Assembly (NCBI GenBank): GCA_003009755.1
Contig: PXUB01000001.1
Coordinates: 64,001 to 128,000, forward strand
DNA length: 64,000 nucleotides
Reading direction: 5' to 3'
From: Thermoplasmatales archaeon SW_10_69_26
Lineage (GTDB): Archaea; Thermoplasmatota; SW-10-69-26
Part shown: positions 1 to 10,062 of the stretch, one piece after another
Position numbering within the stretch: position 1 is the stretch's first letter
Layout: each line of letters begins with the position of its first letter
Notes under the pieces: generated by a model
The model's input: only the letters and a program-made list of their open reading frames with translations
The model's database searches: none
Told to the model about the DNA's origin: nothing
Translations under genes and position numbers: made by a program

Positions 1-1
1 C

Positions 2-511
2 GTCGGGCAGAGCATGGGCGGCTGGGTCACGCAGTGGTTGTTGCACGAGCGTCCGGACCTGGCCGACGCGGCGCTTTTGGTGGCCCCGGCCGGCACCCGC
101 CTGGAGGGCTCCTACGACGCGGTCGGCCTCATGACGCCCCACGATGCGGAGGGCGCGCGGCGCTATCTGGAGGCGGTCTGGCACGAGGTCCCGCTGGCGG
201 CGCCGGCGGTGCTGGACCACATGTTGGAGCGGATGCACGACCCGGTCGTGCGCGGTTTCCTCGCCGAGACCGAGCACCGCCACACCGTGCCCGAGGAGGC
301 GCTGGCCGCCATCGACGTGCCGACGTTGGCTCTGTGGGGCAGCGACGACGGGCTGCTGGATGGCCGCACGCCGGCCTACCTCGCCCGGCAGTGGGGCGGG
401 CCCTTCGAGCGCACCTACCTGGCTCGCGCCGGCCACATGATCCACCAGGAGCGACCCCAGGCGGTCGAGGCCGCGGTCCGCCGCATGATGCGGGTCGCCG
501 AGCAGGTGTGA
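2..511 (+). CDS. alpha/beta hydrolase, 5'-truncated by window edge
   Basis: GQSMGG nucleophile elbow at window start; PTLALWGSDD and AGHMIHQE acid/His motifs. Confidence 0.85.
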   Translation, partial: VGQSMGGWVTQWLLHERPDLADAALLVAPAGTRLEGSYDAVGLMTPHDAEGARRYLEAVWHEVPLAAPAVLDHMLERMHDPVVRGFLAETEHRHTVPEEALAAIDVPTLALWGSDDGLLDGRTPAYLARQWGGPFERTYLARAGHMIHQERPQAVEAAVRRMMRVAEQV

Positions 512-596
512 GAGCCCTGTCAGCCTGCCGGCGTTCCAGGTGCAACGCGGCCCCTTCCTTTTTCAAGGGAAGCTTCGATGGGTCTCGCGAACAGCC

Positions 597-1334
597 ATGT
601 CCTTCAGGGCGGTATGCAAGGCCGACGTGGTCAAGTCGGTGATCGACAGCCTGTCCACACTCGTGGATGAGGCCAAGTTCCAGGTGGCGCCCGAAGGTCT
701 CGAGGTCCTCGCTGTGGACGCGGCGCACGTCGCGATGATCGACCTCAGCCTCTCGAAGGCCGCGTTCAAGAACTTCGAGGCCGACGAGATGGAGCTGGGG
801 ATCGACATCGACAAGCTCTCCGACGCGGTCCGGCTGGCCGGCGCCGACGACGAGGTCGAGATCGTGCTCGAGGACGAGGGCCTGCTGCGGCTCGAGATCG
901 GGAACCTGACCCGCCGCATGAGCCTCGTCGACACCAGCGGCATGACGGACCCCAAGATCCCCGACCTCGAGCTGCCCGCGATGATCAAGATGCCCGGCGC
1001 CGAGCTCGATCGCGGCATCAAGGCGGCCGAGGGCATCAGCGACCACGTGGCCCTGCACGCCACCGCCGGCGGCTTCGAGCTCTCCGCCGAGGGGGACATG
1101 GACTCCGTGAACCTGAACCTCGAGAAGGACACCCTCCTGGAGCACCGCGCCAGCGAGGAGGTTCGCTCCCTGTTCTCGCTGGATTACTTCTCGAACATGG
1201 TCAAGGTCGCCAAGGACGCGGGCACGGTGCAGCTCCGCCTCGGCAACGACTACCCGGTCCGGCTGGGCTTCGAGTTCGCCGACGGCGAAGGCGAGGTCAC
1301 CTACCTGCTTGCCCCGCGCATCGAGAGCGCCTAG
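597..1334 (+). CDS. pcn: DNA polymerase sliding clamp (PCNA)
   Basis: AVDAAHVAMIDL and C-terminal YLLAPRIE motifs, ~245 aa. Confidence 0.97.
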   Translation: MSFRAVCKADVVKSVIDSLSTLVDEAKFQVAPEGLEVLAVDAAHVAMIDLSLSKAAFKNFEADEMELGIDIDKLSDAVRLAGADDEVEIVLEDEGLLRLEIGNLTRRMSLVDTSGMTDPKIPDLELPAMIKMPGAELDRGIKAAEGISDHVALHATAGGFELSAEGDMDSVNLNLEKDTLLEHRASEEVRSLFSLDYFSNMVKVAKDAGTVQLRLGNDYPVRLGFEFADGEGEVTYLLAPRIESA

Positions 1335-1373
1335 ACCGCCGGACTCACCGGGCCTACCATCTCGCGGCCCTCT

Positions 1374-1497
1374 GAGCGTGTCGAGATCGAGGAGGCCGAA
1401 GCAGGAAACTCCCTGCGGGTTGTCGATGGACACTGCCCGAAGCAGAGATTCGGGCGTGCCTGCGATCGCCCGGACGGGCGAGATCTCACAGGCCGAC
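1374..1497. repeat. dispersed ~125 bp structured intergenic repeat, copy 1
   Basis: Matches reverse complement of 62061-62183 and partly 14644-14716 (GGGTTGTCGAyGGACAC...GGCGAGATCTCA). Confidence 0.8.
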
Positions 1498-1596
1498 GAC
1501 GGCCGAGCACCGGTCGGCAACGCAGACCGGCCCCGACGACTCGTGAGGCCGGAAGGCTCTTGAGGAAGCCGTCGCCTCTCCGTGTGAGGCTGTTCC

Positions 1597-3618
1597 ATGG
1601 TGAGGCGAGCTGCCGTCATCCTCTGCGCGCTGCTGACGATCGTTCCCTCGTTTGCCACCGTCCCTGGGAGTGCCCAGGCCGTCGAGGACCCGCCGGTCGG
1701 CGACGTCTTCGAGGCCGGTGCGGGCGAGGCCGAGATCACGCCCCCGATCGGGACGTCGATGTGGGGGTACACGGCTCGCGAGGGTCTGGTCTCCATCGGG
1801 GGCGACCTCTCCGAAAGCGAGTACCCGCGCTTCGTCGACCAGCGCGACGACGGCGCCGATCTCGACCTGTACGGGAAGACGTTCCTGAAGAGCGAGGGCG
1901 TGCACTCGCGCCTGTACAGCAAGGCGCACGTCTTCGACGACGGGGACACCCAGCTGGCGACCGCGTTCGTCGACCTCGGCGGCGTGCCCGGCGAGCTGCA
2001 CCAGGCCGTCGCCGACCGGCTGGCCGATCGAGGCATCCCCATCGATCGCTCCGAGCTTTTGATCAGCGCCTCGCACACCCACGGCGGACCCGGCGAGATC
2101 TTCCCCTACCAGGGGTACGCGCTGCTGGGGGGCGGCGAGCTCGATCCGCGCGTCTTCGGGCTCGTGGCCGACCAGATCACCGCCTCGGTCGTCGAGGCCT
2201 GGGAGGACAAGCAGCCCGCCGAGATCGCCGTCGGGCAGGTCGAGCTCGAGGACGCTACCACGAACCGCGCAGAGGCGGCCCACACCGAGGTCCACGACGA
2301 TCACGCCGGCGAGCCCCACGTCGACGAGACGGCGCGTGTGATCCGCGTGGACGCCAAGAGCGGCGAGCCGATCGGGATCGTCACCCAGTTCGCCGCCCAC
2401 GGGACCGTGGTCGGGGCCGACGACCTGTTCTTCACCGCCGACAACCAGGGCGTGGCCTACCGGCTGATCGAGCGCGGCGTGGCTGCACTCTCGCCGAGCG
2501 TGGACTCGACCGACGACGTGGTCGTCAGCTACCTCAACGGAGCCGAGGGCGACATCAGTCCCAACGGGAACGGCGACACGTTCTTCGCGCAGGTCGAGGA
2601 CGCCGGGCAGCGCCAGGCGGGCCCGATCCTGCAGGAGTGGCTGAGCCTCGACGGCGAGCTGACGAGCGACGTGGACCTCGACACGAGATCCACGTTCACC
2701 TGCTTTTGCGGGCAACAGGTCGACTACCGGGACGGCAGCGAGCGGTTGAGCCCGATCCCGATCCTCGGCGCCGGCGGCACCACGCCCGATCCGGTCCACG
2801 TCCCCGGGCACGGCAACAAGACGCCGCTGCTCGGCGGGCCGGGCCTGGTGCCCAACCTCGTGCGCCTGCAGGTGGTCGAGGTCTCGGCCGGCGAGGAAGA
2901 CCACCTGTTCGCCACGATGCCGGGCGAGCCCACGATGGCCGCCGGGCTCGCCATCGAGGAGGCCATCGCCAACCTCGACTCGGCCAGCGACGTCGACACG
3001 GTGGACGTCGTCGGCCTCGCCAACGACTACGTGTCGTACATGACGCGCGTGCCGGAGTACGAGGTCCAGGCCTACGAGGGCACGTTCACGCTGTACGGGC
3101 GGATGACGAACCCGATGTTCCGCCACACGCTCGTCGACGTGGCCGACAAGCTGTTGCGCGACGAGCCGGTGGACCCGGGATACGCGGGCCTCGTCGAGCA
3201 CCCGAACCTGCCCCTGACGTCCGTCGACCCGCTGTGTGAGCAGGCGGCCGACTCGCAGTGCGTGCCCACGGGTCAACCGCCGGCCCGAGTGCTGGCCCAG
3301 CCGGCCGACACCGCCACCGCGGGCGAGGTCGTCGAGTTTGCCTGGCTGGGCGGTCGGCCCGGCGTCGACCATCCGCTCGGCGAGCCGATGGTCGAGGTCG
3401 TCGACGACGAGGGCAACGTGCTCGTCGACGACGAGGGCTTCACGCTGCGTGTCTTCTACGACAAGGTCGAGGACGAGCACCGCTGGCGCGTCGAGTGGCC
3501 CGTCGACGAGACCACGCCCGAGGACACCTACACGATCCGGGTGGACGGCCAGTACGTCGACACGCCCGGCCACGTGGCCGCGTACAGCCACACCAGCCAG
3601 CCGGTCACCGTCTCGTAG
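1597..3618 (+). CDS. secreted neutral/alkaline ceramidase-family protein
   Basis: Signal peptide; GEAEITPP, ISASHTHGGP, FAAHGT, GAEGDISP, PGEPT, GLANDYVSY...YE motifs. Confidence 0.85.
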   Translation: MVRRAAVILCALLTIVPSFATVPGSAQAVEDPPVGDVFEAGAGEAEITPPIGTSMWGYTAREGLVSIGGDLSESEYPRFVDQRDDGADLDLYGKTFLKSEGVHSRLYSKAHVFDDGDTQLATAFVDLGGVPGELHQAVADRLADRGIPIDRSELLISASHTHGGPGEIFPYQGYALLGGGELDPRVFGLVADQITASVVEAWEDKQPAEIAVGQVELEDATTNRAEAAHTEVHDDHAGEPHVDETARVIRVDAKSGEPIGIVTQFAAHGTVVGADDLFFTADNQGVAYRLIERGVAALSPSVDSTDDVVVSYLNGAEGDISPNGNGDTFFAQVEDAGQRQAGPILQEWLSLDGELTSDVDLDTRSTFTCFCGQQVDYRDGSERLSPIPILGAGGTTPDPVHVPGHGNKTPLLGGPGLVPNLVRLQVVEVSAGEEDHLFATMPGEPTMAAGLAIEEAIANLDSASDVDTVDVVGLANDYVSYMTRVPEYEVQAYEGTFTLYGRMTNPMFRHTLVDVADKLLRDEPVDPGYAGLVEHPNLPLTSVDPLCEQAADSQCVPTGQPPARVLAQPADTATAGEVVEFAWLGGRPGVDHPLGEPMVEVVDDEGNVLVDDEGFTLRVFYDKVEDEHRWRVEWPVDETTPEDTYTIRVDGQYVDTPGHVAAYSHTSQPVTVS

Positions 3619-4788
3619 GTGGAGCCCGTGCGCGAGACGCTGCTCGCCGTCCTCGTCGCCTCGCTCGTGGTCGTCTCGGCCACGCCCGCGGCCAGCCTAC
3701 CGACCGACGGGGCCGACGATCGGACCTGGCTGGCCGGCGACTGGCACGTGCACACCAACGCCAGCCACGACGCCTGCGCAGCCCACAACGTGCCGCGTCT
3801 GCTGTCGGACCCCAGCGACGGGTGCGGGGACGGCCCGCACACCCTCTCGGCCGACGGCGCCACCCGCATGCGCCAGGCCGAGGCCCGCGGGTTGGACTAC
3901 CTGAGGATCACCGACCACAACACACTGGGCGGCCCCCTCCACGCGCAGGCCAACTACGAGGGCCCGGTCACGCTCGTGCCGGGCTACGAGCACTCGCTGC
4001 CGGACGCCCACGCCGGCGTCTCGTCGCTGAACCTCCTCGACCGCGGCATCTTCGAGGACCCCAGCGAGGCGAGCGCGATCGACCCCTGGATCGACGCGGT
4101 GCAAGGCGAGCCCGGCGGCCACGTCACCGCCAACCACCCGTTCAGCGGTGGATCCAGCGCCTGGACCGAGGGCCACAGCGATCCGGCCGCGTGGGACGCG
4201 ATCGAGATCTGGAACATCCACTGGCTGTGGCGCGACGAGGTCACCAACGGCTTCACCGACGCCAGCAACAACGAAGAGACGCTGGACTTCTGGACCCATC
4301 TCTTGAACCAGGGCCACGAGCTGCCGATCGTGGGCGCCTCGGACAACCACTGGCTAGCCACGACCGCCGTCCAGGGACCCGGCCAACCGACGACCTGGGT
4401 CAAGGCCACCGAGGACACCCCAACCGCGATCCTCGAGGCCGCCCGCGAGGGCCGCACGTACGTCACGTGGGACCCCGTCGGGCCGCGGGTCGCGCTCACC
4501 GCCGAGGGCCCCTCGGGCGAGGCGATCGTCGGCGACCACGTCCCGACCGGTGAGGAGATTACCTTCCGCGCCGAGGTGACGGCCGGCGCCGGCGAGCGCA
4601 TCCGCTTCGTCTCCTGCAACGGCCTCGAGCACGAGAGCCCGCCTGGGGCTCCCGTCGCCGAGGTCACGCTCACATTCGCGGAGGATTGCTGGATGCGCGT
4701 GGATCTCGTGACGGTGGACGATCTCGGCGGCAGCGGGCCCGACGACCTCGTCTATCGGGCGATCACGAGCCCGGTGTACGTGGGGTAG
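3619..4788 (+). CDS. secreted PHP-domain metallohydrolase (CehA/McbA-like)
   Basis: GDWHVHT, ITDHN, NHP, GASDNH motifs; abuts the ceramidase gene. Confidence 0.85.
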   Translation: MEPVRETLLAVLVASLVVVSATPAASLPTDGADDRTWLAGDWHVHTNASHDACAAHNVPRLLSDPSDGCGDGPHTLSADGATRMRQAEARGLDYLRITDHNTLGGPLHAQANYEGPVTLVPGYEHSLPDAHAGVSSLNLLDRGIFEDPSEASAIDPWIDAVQGEPGGHVTANHPFSGGSSAWTEGHSDPAAWDAIEIWNIHWLWRDEVTNGFTDASNNEETLDFWTHLLNQGHELPIVGASDNHWLATTAVQGPGQPTTWVKATEDTPTAILEAAREGRTYVTWDPVGPRVALTAEGPSGEAIVGDHVPTGEEITFRAEVTAGAGERIRFVSCNGLEHESPPGAPVAEVTLTFAEDCWMRVDLVTVDDLGGSGPDDLVYRAITSPVYVG

Positions 4789-4922
4789 GCGAGCGCGGTT
4801 GCCGACGAACCGGGTGGACGAGGTCGAGCACAAGCCGGCTCGGTCACCGCCGGGCAGAGCAAGAACAAAAAGGAGAGGGGCCGGCGGGGGTGCCGCTGCG
4901 GAGCCAGGTACCTCAGCGCCGC

Positions 4923-6053
4923 TCAGCCGCGGCGCACGCGAAGCGCCCCGACAGCGCCCACGCTACCGAGGGCCGCCATCGCGACCAGCGCCGGACTACC
5001 GAAGAACGGGATCGCCGTCACCTCAGCCGTCGGACAGTCCTCGGCCTCGCCGGCCTCGTTGGCCGCCGTGACCTCGTACGTGTACGTGGTCTCGGCCTCC
5101 GTCTCCGTGTCCGTGTAGCTGGTGGCGTTGACCTCGGCCACGTGCTGCATGTCGCCGTCCTCGGTGGCGCGGTAGACGTGGTAGCTGTCCGCGTCCGCGG
5201 AGGCGTTCCACGCGAGGGTCACGTCCTCGTTGCCGTGGGCTTGGGCGCGGAGGTTCTCCGGGCAGGCGGGAGTGTCGTCTTCCTGCTCCTCGACGAAGAC
5301 GGTCGCGTGGTCACAGGGGTAGCCGTAGTTGCGCGGTCCTTCGTTGAGCTGGGTCACGAAGTAGTGGTAGCCCTGGCCTTCCTCGACGGTTGTGTCGCGG
5401 TAGGAGGAGGCGTTCGGGTCCGGCCGCGCGATCTCCTGGAAGTCGCGCGTGCCCTCGGGGGCGCGCTCGACGATGTGCGTGTACTGGTGCTCGTCCTCGG
5501 AAGGCTCGCCGCTCCACTCGACGACGACGGTGCCGTTGTCCACGTGGGCCTCGACGGTGGACGGCGCCCGGCAGGCGTGCGGGTCGTCGCCCGGCAGCCA
5601 CCACTGGAAGTCCTCGCAGTGACTGTAGTCGACCTCGTGGATCTCGGTGCGGTGGTCCCCTTCCATGTAGGCTCGGAACCACTGCTCGCTCTCGCTGCCC
5701 GAGTGGTGGTGCCACTCGAAGGGCCCGGCCTCGAAGTCGTAGGTCCCGTTCTCGTTCTGGGTCCCGTTGACCTCGGTGAGCGTCATCCCGTGGATGTCAC
5801 GTCCGCCGGTGTCGTGGGTAATCCGGATGGTCGCATTCTCGTGGCTCATCCCGTGACCCTTCACCCAGAACTCGCATTGGAGATCGTCGGTGGGTGGCCC
5901 GTCCTCGCTGTCGTGGAACGTCACCTCCCCGTGTTCGTCGCTGGCGTGGGCGGCCCCGGTGTCGGCGATCGCGACCAGGCCTGCCAGGGCGGCGAGCGCG
6001 ATCAGGGTGAAGCCGGTGCCGCGGCGCAGCGTGCCGTTGTTTCGAGCGTTCAT
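4923..6053 (-). CDS. secreted fibronectin type III domain protein with C-terminal IPFF-TM-basic sorting signal
   Basis: Signal peptide; two FN3-like repeats (LAWNAS..SYHVYR..YTD..YTYEVTAAN); AIPFFG + hydrophobic helix + RVRRG. Confidence 0.8.
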   Translation of the reverse strand: MNARNNGTLRRGTGFTLIALAALAGLVAIADTGAAHASDEHGEVTFHDSEDGPPTDDLQCEFWVKGHGMSHENATIRITHDTGGRDIHGMTLTEVNGTQNENGTYDFEAGPFEWHHHSGSESEQWFRAYMEGDHRTEIHEVDYSHCEDFQWWLPGDDPHACRAPSTVEAHVDNGTVVVEWSGEPSEDEHQYTHIVERAPEGTRDFQEIARPDPNASSYRDTTVEEGQGYHYFVTQLNEGPRNYGYPCDHATVFVEEQEDDTPACPENLRAQAHGNEDVTLAWNASADADSYHVYRATEDGDMQHVAEVNATSYTDTETEAETTYTYEVTAANEAGEAEDCPTAEVTAIPFFGSPALVAMAALGSVGAVGALRVRRG

Positions 6054-6384
6054 CGTTTTCACCTGCACTTGAATCGTCCTTCGGCAGGTGGGATAAGGGA
6101 GCTGAGGGACACGACTCGGTGGGGCTTGCACGATGTTGAGAAGAAGGGGAAGATGGGACCCGGAGACGCCCTCAGGTGGGTGACCGTCATCGGACGGCCG
6201 GATCAAGCAGCCCAGAGAGAGGAGGGCTGGTTAAGGTGGTCAGTTCCACAGAGATGCGACGTCGACGTGGAGATTCCGGTCGTCTCCGTCCACGACGGCG
6301 TCGTTCGTGTAGCGGATCTCGAGGTTGTGATCTCCGCCAGATAGATCCACGGGCGTGGTGTAGGTTTGCCAGGTGTCGGTGAAG

Positions 6385-6655
6385 TGCTCAGCGCGGACCG
6401 GGACGAGCGGGTGGATCCGTCGATCCCGACCCCGGAGGGGAGCCGGTTGGCCGGGACGGCGGGGTTGCCGTCGACGACCAGAACCGAGGCCAGTGGTTCG
6501 AGAAGGTTTAACACCTCGCGGCTGCCTGCGGCGCTCGGAGGCGGGAGGCCATGCGAACGCAGTCCACGCTCGTCGTCGTGCTCGTTGCCGTGATCACCAC
6601 CACCGGGTTCGTGCCCGTGGGCAGTGCGATGGGCATGCACGATGCCGAGCCAAGC
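6385..6655 (+). repeat. duplicated promoter/5' region of the beta-helix genes
   Basis: 6445-6655 is nearly identical to ~12990-13200 (includes AGAAGGTTTAAC BRE/TATA-like box and GGAGG); 6385-6430 recurs at ~8920-8965. Confidence 0.8.
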
Positions 6656-7699
6656 ACCGGCGAGACCGTCCAGGCCGTCGAAGAGGAACCGTGCGTCCCC
6701 CACCCACCGATCCACATCGAGGGCAACGAGGACTTCCTCTCACCGGGAAGCGGCGTCATCGCGGGTGCAGGAACCGAACAAGCCCCTTACATCATCGCAG
6801 GCTGGTGCATCGACGGCGACGACGAGACCTGGGATGATGTTGATTTCGGAGCCGACCAACAAAGCGGCATCGTCATCGAGAACACCGATGCCCACGTCCT
6901 AATCGTCAGCAACACCATCACGAACCATGATTACCACGGTGTCCGGCTCAAGGGAGTCGAGAACGCTGAGCTTCGCAACAACACCATCACCAACAACGGC
7001 GACGACGGCGTGTACCTGTTCGAGTCCAGCGACAACAACGTGGTCGAGAACAACACCATCACCAACAACTACGACCACGGCGTGTTCCTGTCGGGGTCCA
7101 GCGACAACGTGGTGCGGGACAACACCATCACCGACAACCGCTACGACGGCGTGGACCTGAAGGGGTCCAGCGACAACAACGTGGTGGAGAACAACACCAT
7201 CACCGACAACCGCCTCGGCGTGTTCCTGGTGGGGTCCAGCGACAACGTGGTGCGGGACAACACCATCACCGACAACGACTACGACGGCGTGGAGCTGTTC
7301 AGGTCCGGCGACAACGTGGTGCGGGACAACGCCATCACCGACAACGACCGGTACGGGGTGGACCTGTTCGGGTCCAGCGACAACGTGGTGGAGGCCAACG
7401 TCCTCCAAGGCAACACCGTAGGCATCACGGTCACAGCGTTCTTCGGGGCCGCGCTGACCGGGACGATCGTCCACGACAACAACATCCACGACAACGACGA
7501 CTTCGGCCTCGAGGTCTCCGCCGGCGTCACCGTCCACGCCGAGAACAACTGGTGGGGCGCCGCCAACGGCCCATCTGGCGGCACCACCGACGCCTGCACC
7601 AGCACCACCGCCGACGGCAACGGCGACGCGATCTCGGGTGGCGACGTCTGCTTCGACCCGTGGCGAACCAGCCCGAACCCCGACGCCGGTGCCGGGTGA
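6551..7699 (+). CDS. secreted right-handed parallel beta-helix (NosD-like) protein, paralog 1
   Basis: Signal peptide; tandem 22-23 aa NNTITDN..GV.L..SSDNVV repeats; AENNWWG motif. Confidence 0.9.
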   Translation: MRTQSTLVVVLVAVITTTGFVPVGSAMGMHDAEPSTGETVQAVEEEPCVPHPPIHIEGNEDFLSPGSGVIAGAGTEQAPYIIAGWCIDGDDETWDDVDFGADQQSGIVIENTDAHVLIVSNTITNHDYHGVRLKGVENAELRNNTITNNGDDGVYLFESSDNNVVENNTITNNYDHGVFLSGSSDNVVRDNTITDNRYDGVDLKGSSDNNVVENNTITDNRLGVFLVGSSDNVVRDNTITDNDYDGVELFRSGDNVVRDNAITDNDRYGVDLFGSSDNVVEANVLQGNTVGITVTAFFGAALTGTIVHDNNIHDNDDFGLEVSAGVTVHAENNWWGAANGPSGGTTDACTSTTADGNGDAISGGDVCFDPWRTSPNPDAGAG

Positions 7700-7788
7700 C
7701 GCCGCGCCGCGGGGCTGAACGCGACGCCCAGCTCTCGGCGACGGCACGGGGCGTGGCCTTTGTATGCCGGTGTGCCCTACTCTCCCCC

Positions 7789-8205
7789 TTGCAGCCCGAG
7801 AGGCTGAGCCGCTACGCGGACAAGCTCGACCGCGCCCGCCAGCGATTGGGAGCCTTCGAGGCGTGGAAGCCAACCCCCGAGGGTCCGCTCAAGGATCGGC
7901 TGGCCGGCTACAAGGCTCTGCAGGAGGCCTCCCAGGCCCTGCTGGACACCGCCAGCATGCTGGCCAAGGACCTGGGGACCCCGCCGAAGGACAACCACGC
8001 GAACATCTCGATGCTCGAGGAGCACAACATCCTCTCCGAGGCCCCGGCCAGAGCGCTCCACGAGGTGGCCGGACTCCGCAACAGGCTCGTCCACGAGGAC
8101 AACGGACGCGACGACGAGATCGCGATCGACTCCGCGCGGCGGCTGGCTCCCGACCTCCGAAAGGCGTGCGAGGAGGTGCGATCGTGGCTCTCGAGGAACG
8201 GCTGA
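7789..8205 (+). CDS. HepT-like HEPN (DUF86) toxin
   Basis: GLRNRLVH R-x4-H motif; overlaps the downstream MNT gene; start uncertain (TTG). Confidence 0.8.
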   Translation: MQPERLSRYADKLDRARQRLGAFEAWKPTPEGPLKDRLAGYKALQEASQALLDTASMLAKDLGTPPKDNHANISMLEEHNILSEAPARALHEVAGLRNRLVHEDNGRDDEIAIDSARRLAPDLRKACEEVRSWLSRNG

Positions 8206-8603
8206 CCCGGCGCTTTGCACCGATGCGTGACGACGTGCTCGGCGTGATGCTGTGGGGATCGGCTGCCAGGGGCGAGGACGCGTTGACCCCCCAATCCGAC
8301 GTCGACGTGTGCCTCGTGGCAGGCCCCGACGCGGACCCTGTCGAGACGCTCAGACGGGCCTGGCGCACGGTCGACCTCGACGGGTTCGACCACCGCGTCG
8401 ACCTGCACGTCTTCGAGGAGCTGCCCCGCCACTTGCAGGGTGCCGTGATCGACGCCGACCACGTGCTCGTCACCCGGGACGAGCCCGCGCTGTACGAGTA
8501 CCTGTACCCCTACCGCAAGATGTGGGACGACCAGCGCCACCGCCACGAACTGACCCACGACGAGGCACTGGAGATCCTGCGCCGCGGGGGCGGTGAGGCC
8601 TGA
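8184..8603 (+). CDS. minimal nucleotidyltransferase (MNT) antitoxin
   Basis: LWGSAARGE...SDVDVC motif; GGAGGTG ribosome-binding site before GTG. Confidence 0.85.
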   Translation: MALEERLTRRFAPMRDDVLGVMLWGSAARGEDALTPQSDVDVCLVAGPDADPVETLRRAWRTVDLDGFDHRVDLHVFEELPRHLQGAVIDADHVLVTRDEPALYEYLYPYRKMWDDQRHRHELTHDEALEILRRGGGEA

Positions 8604-8659
8604 CCCGCTCGCGGTGACGCCAGCACCGAGCGAGATCGATCCGGCCCGCGAGGTCGAGG

Positions 8660-8801
8660 GGCCTCTGCCCGCACGATCGTCGCAGCGATCACCCGCCCTC
8701 GTCGTCGGACCTCGTCGATCCGGTCCTCGACCGCCGAGGACAGCCGCTCGCTGCCGACGACGTACCACACCAGCAGATGGTCGCGTATCCAGCACTTCCA
8801 T
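8660..8801 (-). pseudogene. frameshifted PIN-domain (VapC-like) remnant
   Basis: MEVLDT then, after a one-base shift, DHLLVWYVVGSERLSSAVEDRI, resembling a PIN N-terminus. Confidence 0.45.
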
Positions 8802-9273
8802 CTGGTCGAGCGCCGCGAGGAGGCCGACGAGCACGCATCCAGCAAGCCCGAGGACGTCTTCGCCGCGACGGGCCTGGCGGTTGACCCAGGCACGCACGGA
8901 GCCGCAGAAACCGATGGACGTGCCGAGCGCGGAGCGGGACGAGCGGGTGGATCCGTCGATCCCGGACGCGCCGACCGGTGGGCTGGGCGCCGGGCGTCCG
9001 GCGAGCCTGCGGTGAGCCCTCGGCTGGCTCGACCGGGGTGCACGCGGTTTCCGGACAACGCGTTCGCCCCGCGGGATGGCCGATCCCCCACGACGGCACC
9101 AAGGACACGCGCACGAATCCTTTCACCGAGGGAACCGACCTCGCCACCGATGCCGACGACCCCAACAAGCGGTGCCCCAGCTCGCCCGCAAACGACCCTG
9201 GTTGACCCGTCGCGGAGTAATTTGACCCCGCCCTGCACCTGTCGCTTACACGGGCGCGGTCGGCATCTCCTCG

Positions 9274-10062
9274 GTGATGCTGGACACCGCGCACGCGCGG
9301 TCGGAAACCTCGCCCGGTGACGTCACCCGGGCTCGCCCGGTCGACCCCTCGCGCGCAAACCGCGAGATGGCGCCCCGCCTGTCGTTCTCGGACGACGATA
9401 TGATCGACCCGATCCCGGTGCCCGAGGGCGAGGTCACGCTGGTCGAAGGGGTCTGCGGCACCGAACCGATGCGGCACCGCCTGGTCGTCGAGCAGGCCCG
9501 CGCGGGCCAGGCCACGATGCACGTGCTCGGCGGAGACCGATTGGACACAACCGGGCTGGCCCGGCGGGCGCAAGCCGACAACCTGGACCCAGGCTACGTG
9601 TTGCGGTCGAGCATCGTAGCGCGCGCGTTCACCGCCTACCAGTTGAGTGTGCTCGTCGAGGAGCGGCTGCCCCAAGCGTTGGCCCGCGTGGACCGGTTGT
9701 CGGTGGCGCTGGTCGTGGACCCGTTGCGGTTGTACACGGACGAGGACGTGCGCCGGGCCGAGGCCAAGCGCCTGGCCTCGCGCGCATTCGACGAGATCGC
9801 AACGACCGCCGAAACCAACAAACTGCCGGTCGTGCTCGTGCAACCGCCCCGCGCCGAGCGCCCCGAGCTGTTGGCGCAGGCGCGCGAGCTGGCGACAAAG
9901 CACGTGCTCGTGCAAGCCCAGGGCGAGGGCTCGGTGCAAAGCGGGCAACGCCGCCCCGAACTCGTGGTCACGTTGCCCGGCGAGGACCAGCGCCACCGCG
10001 TGCAGGATCCGCGACGACGCCAGGCGCGCTTGAACCGGTTCACAAGCGGGGGGACCGCGTAG
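9274..10062 (+). CDS. RadA/RecA-like (probably inactive) protein of the PolB2 operon
   Basis: VARAFTAYQL motif, degenerate P-loop, position upstream of the small gene and PolB2; start uncertain. Confidence 0.75.
   Translation: MMLDTAHARSETSPGDVTRARPVDPSRANREMAPRLSFSDDDMIDPIPVPEGEVTLVEGVCGTEPMRHRLVVEQARAGQATMHVLGGDRLDTTGLARRAQADNLDPGYVLRSSIVARAFTAYQLSVLVEERLPQALARVDRLSVALVVDPLRLYTDEDVRRAEAKRLASRAFDEIATTAETNKLPVVLVQPPRAERPELLAQARELATKHVLVQAQGEGSVQSGQRRPELVVTLPGEDQRHRVQDPRRRQARLNRFTSGGTA

Noticed and set aside
6975-7400. Diversity-generating retroelement target (NNC-type variable codons in an AAC-rich repeat)
   Set aside because: No reverse transcriptase or template repeat in the window; third-position C/G is expected at this GC content
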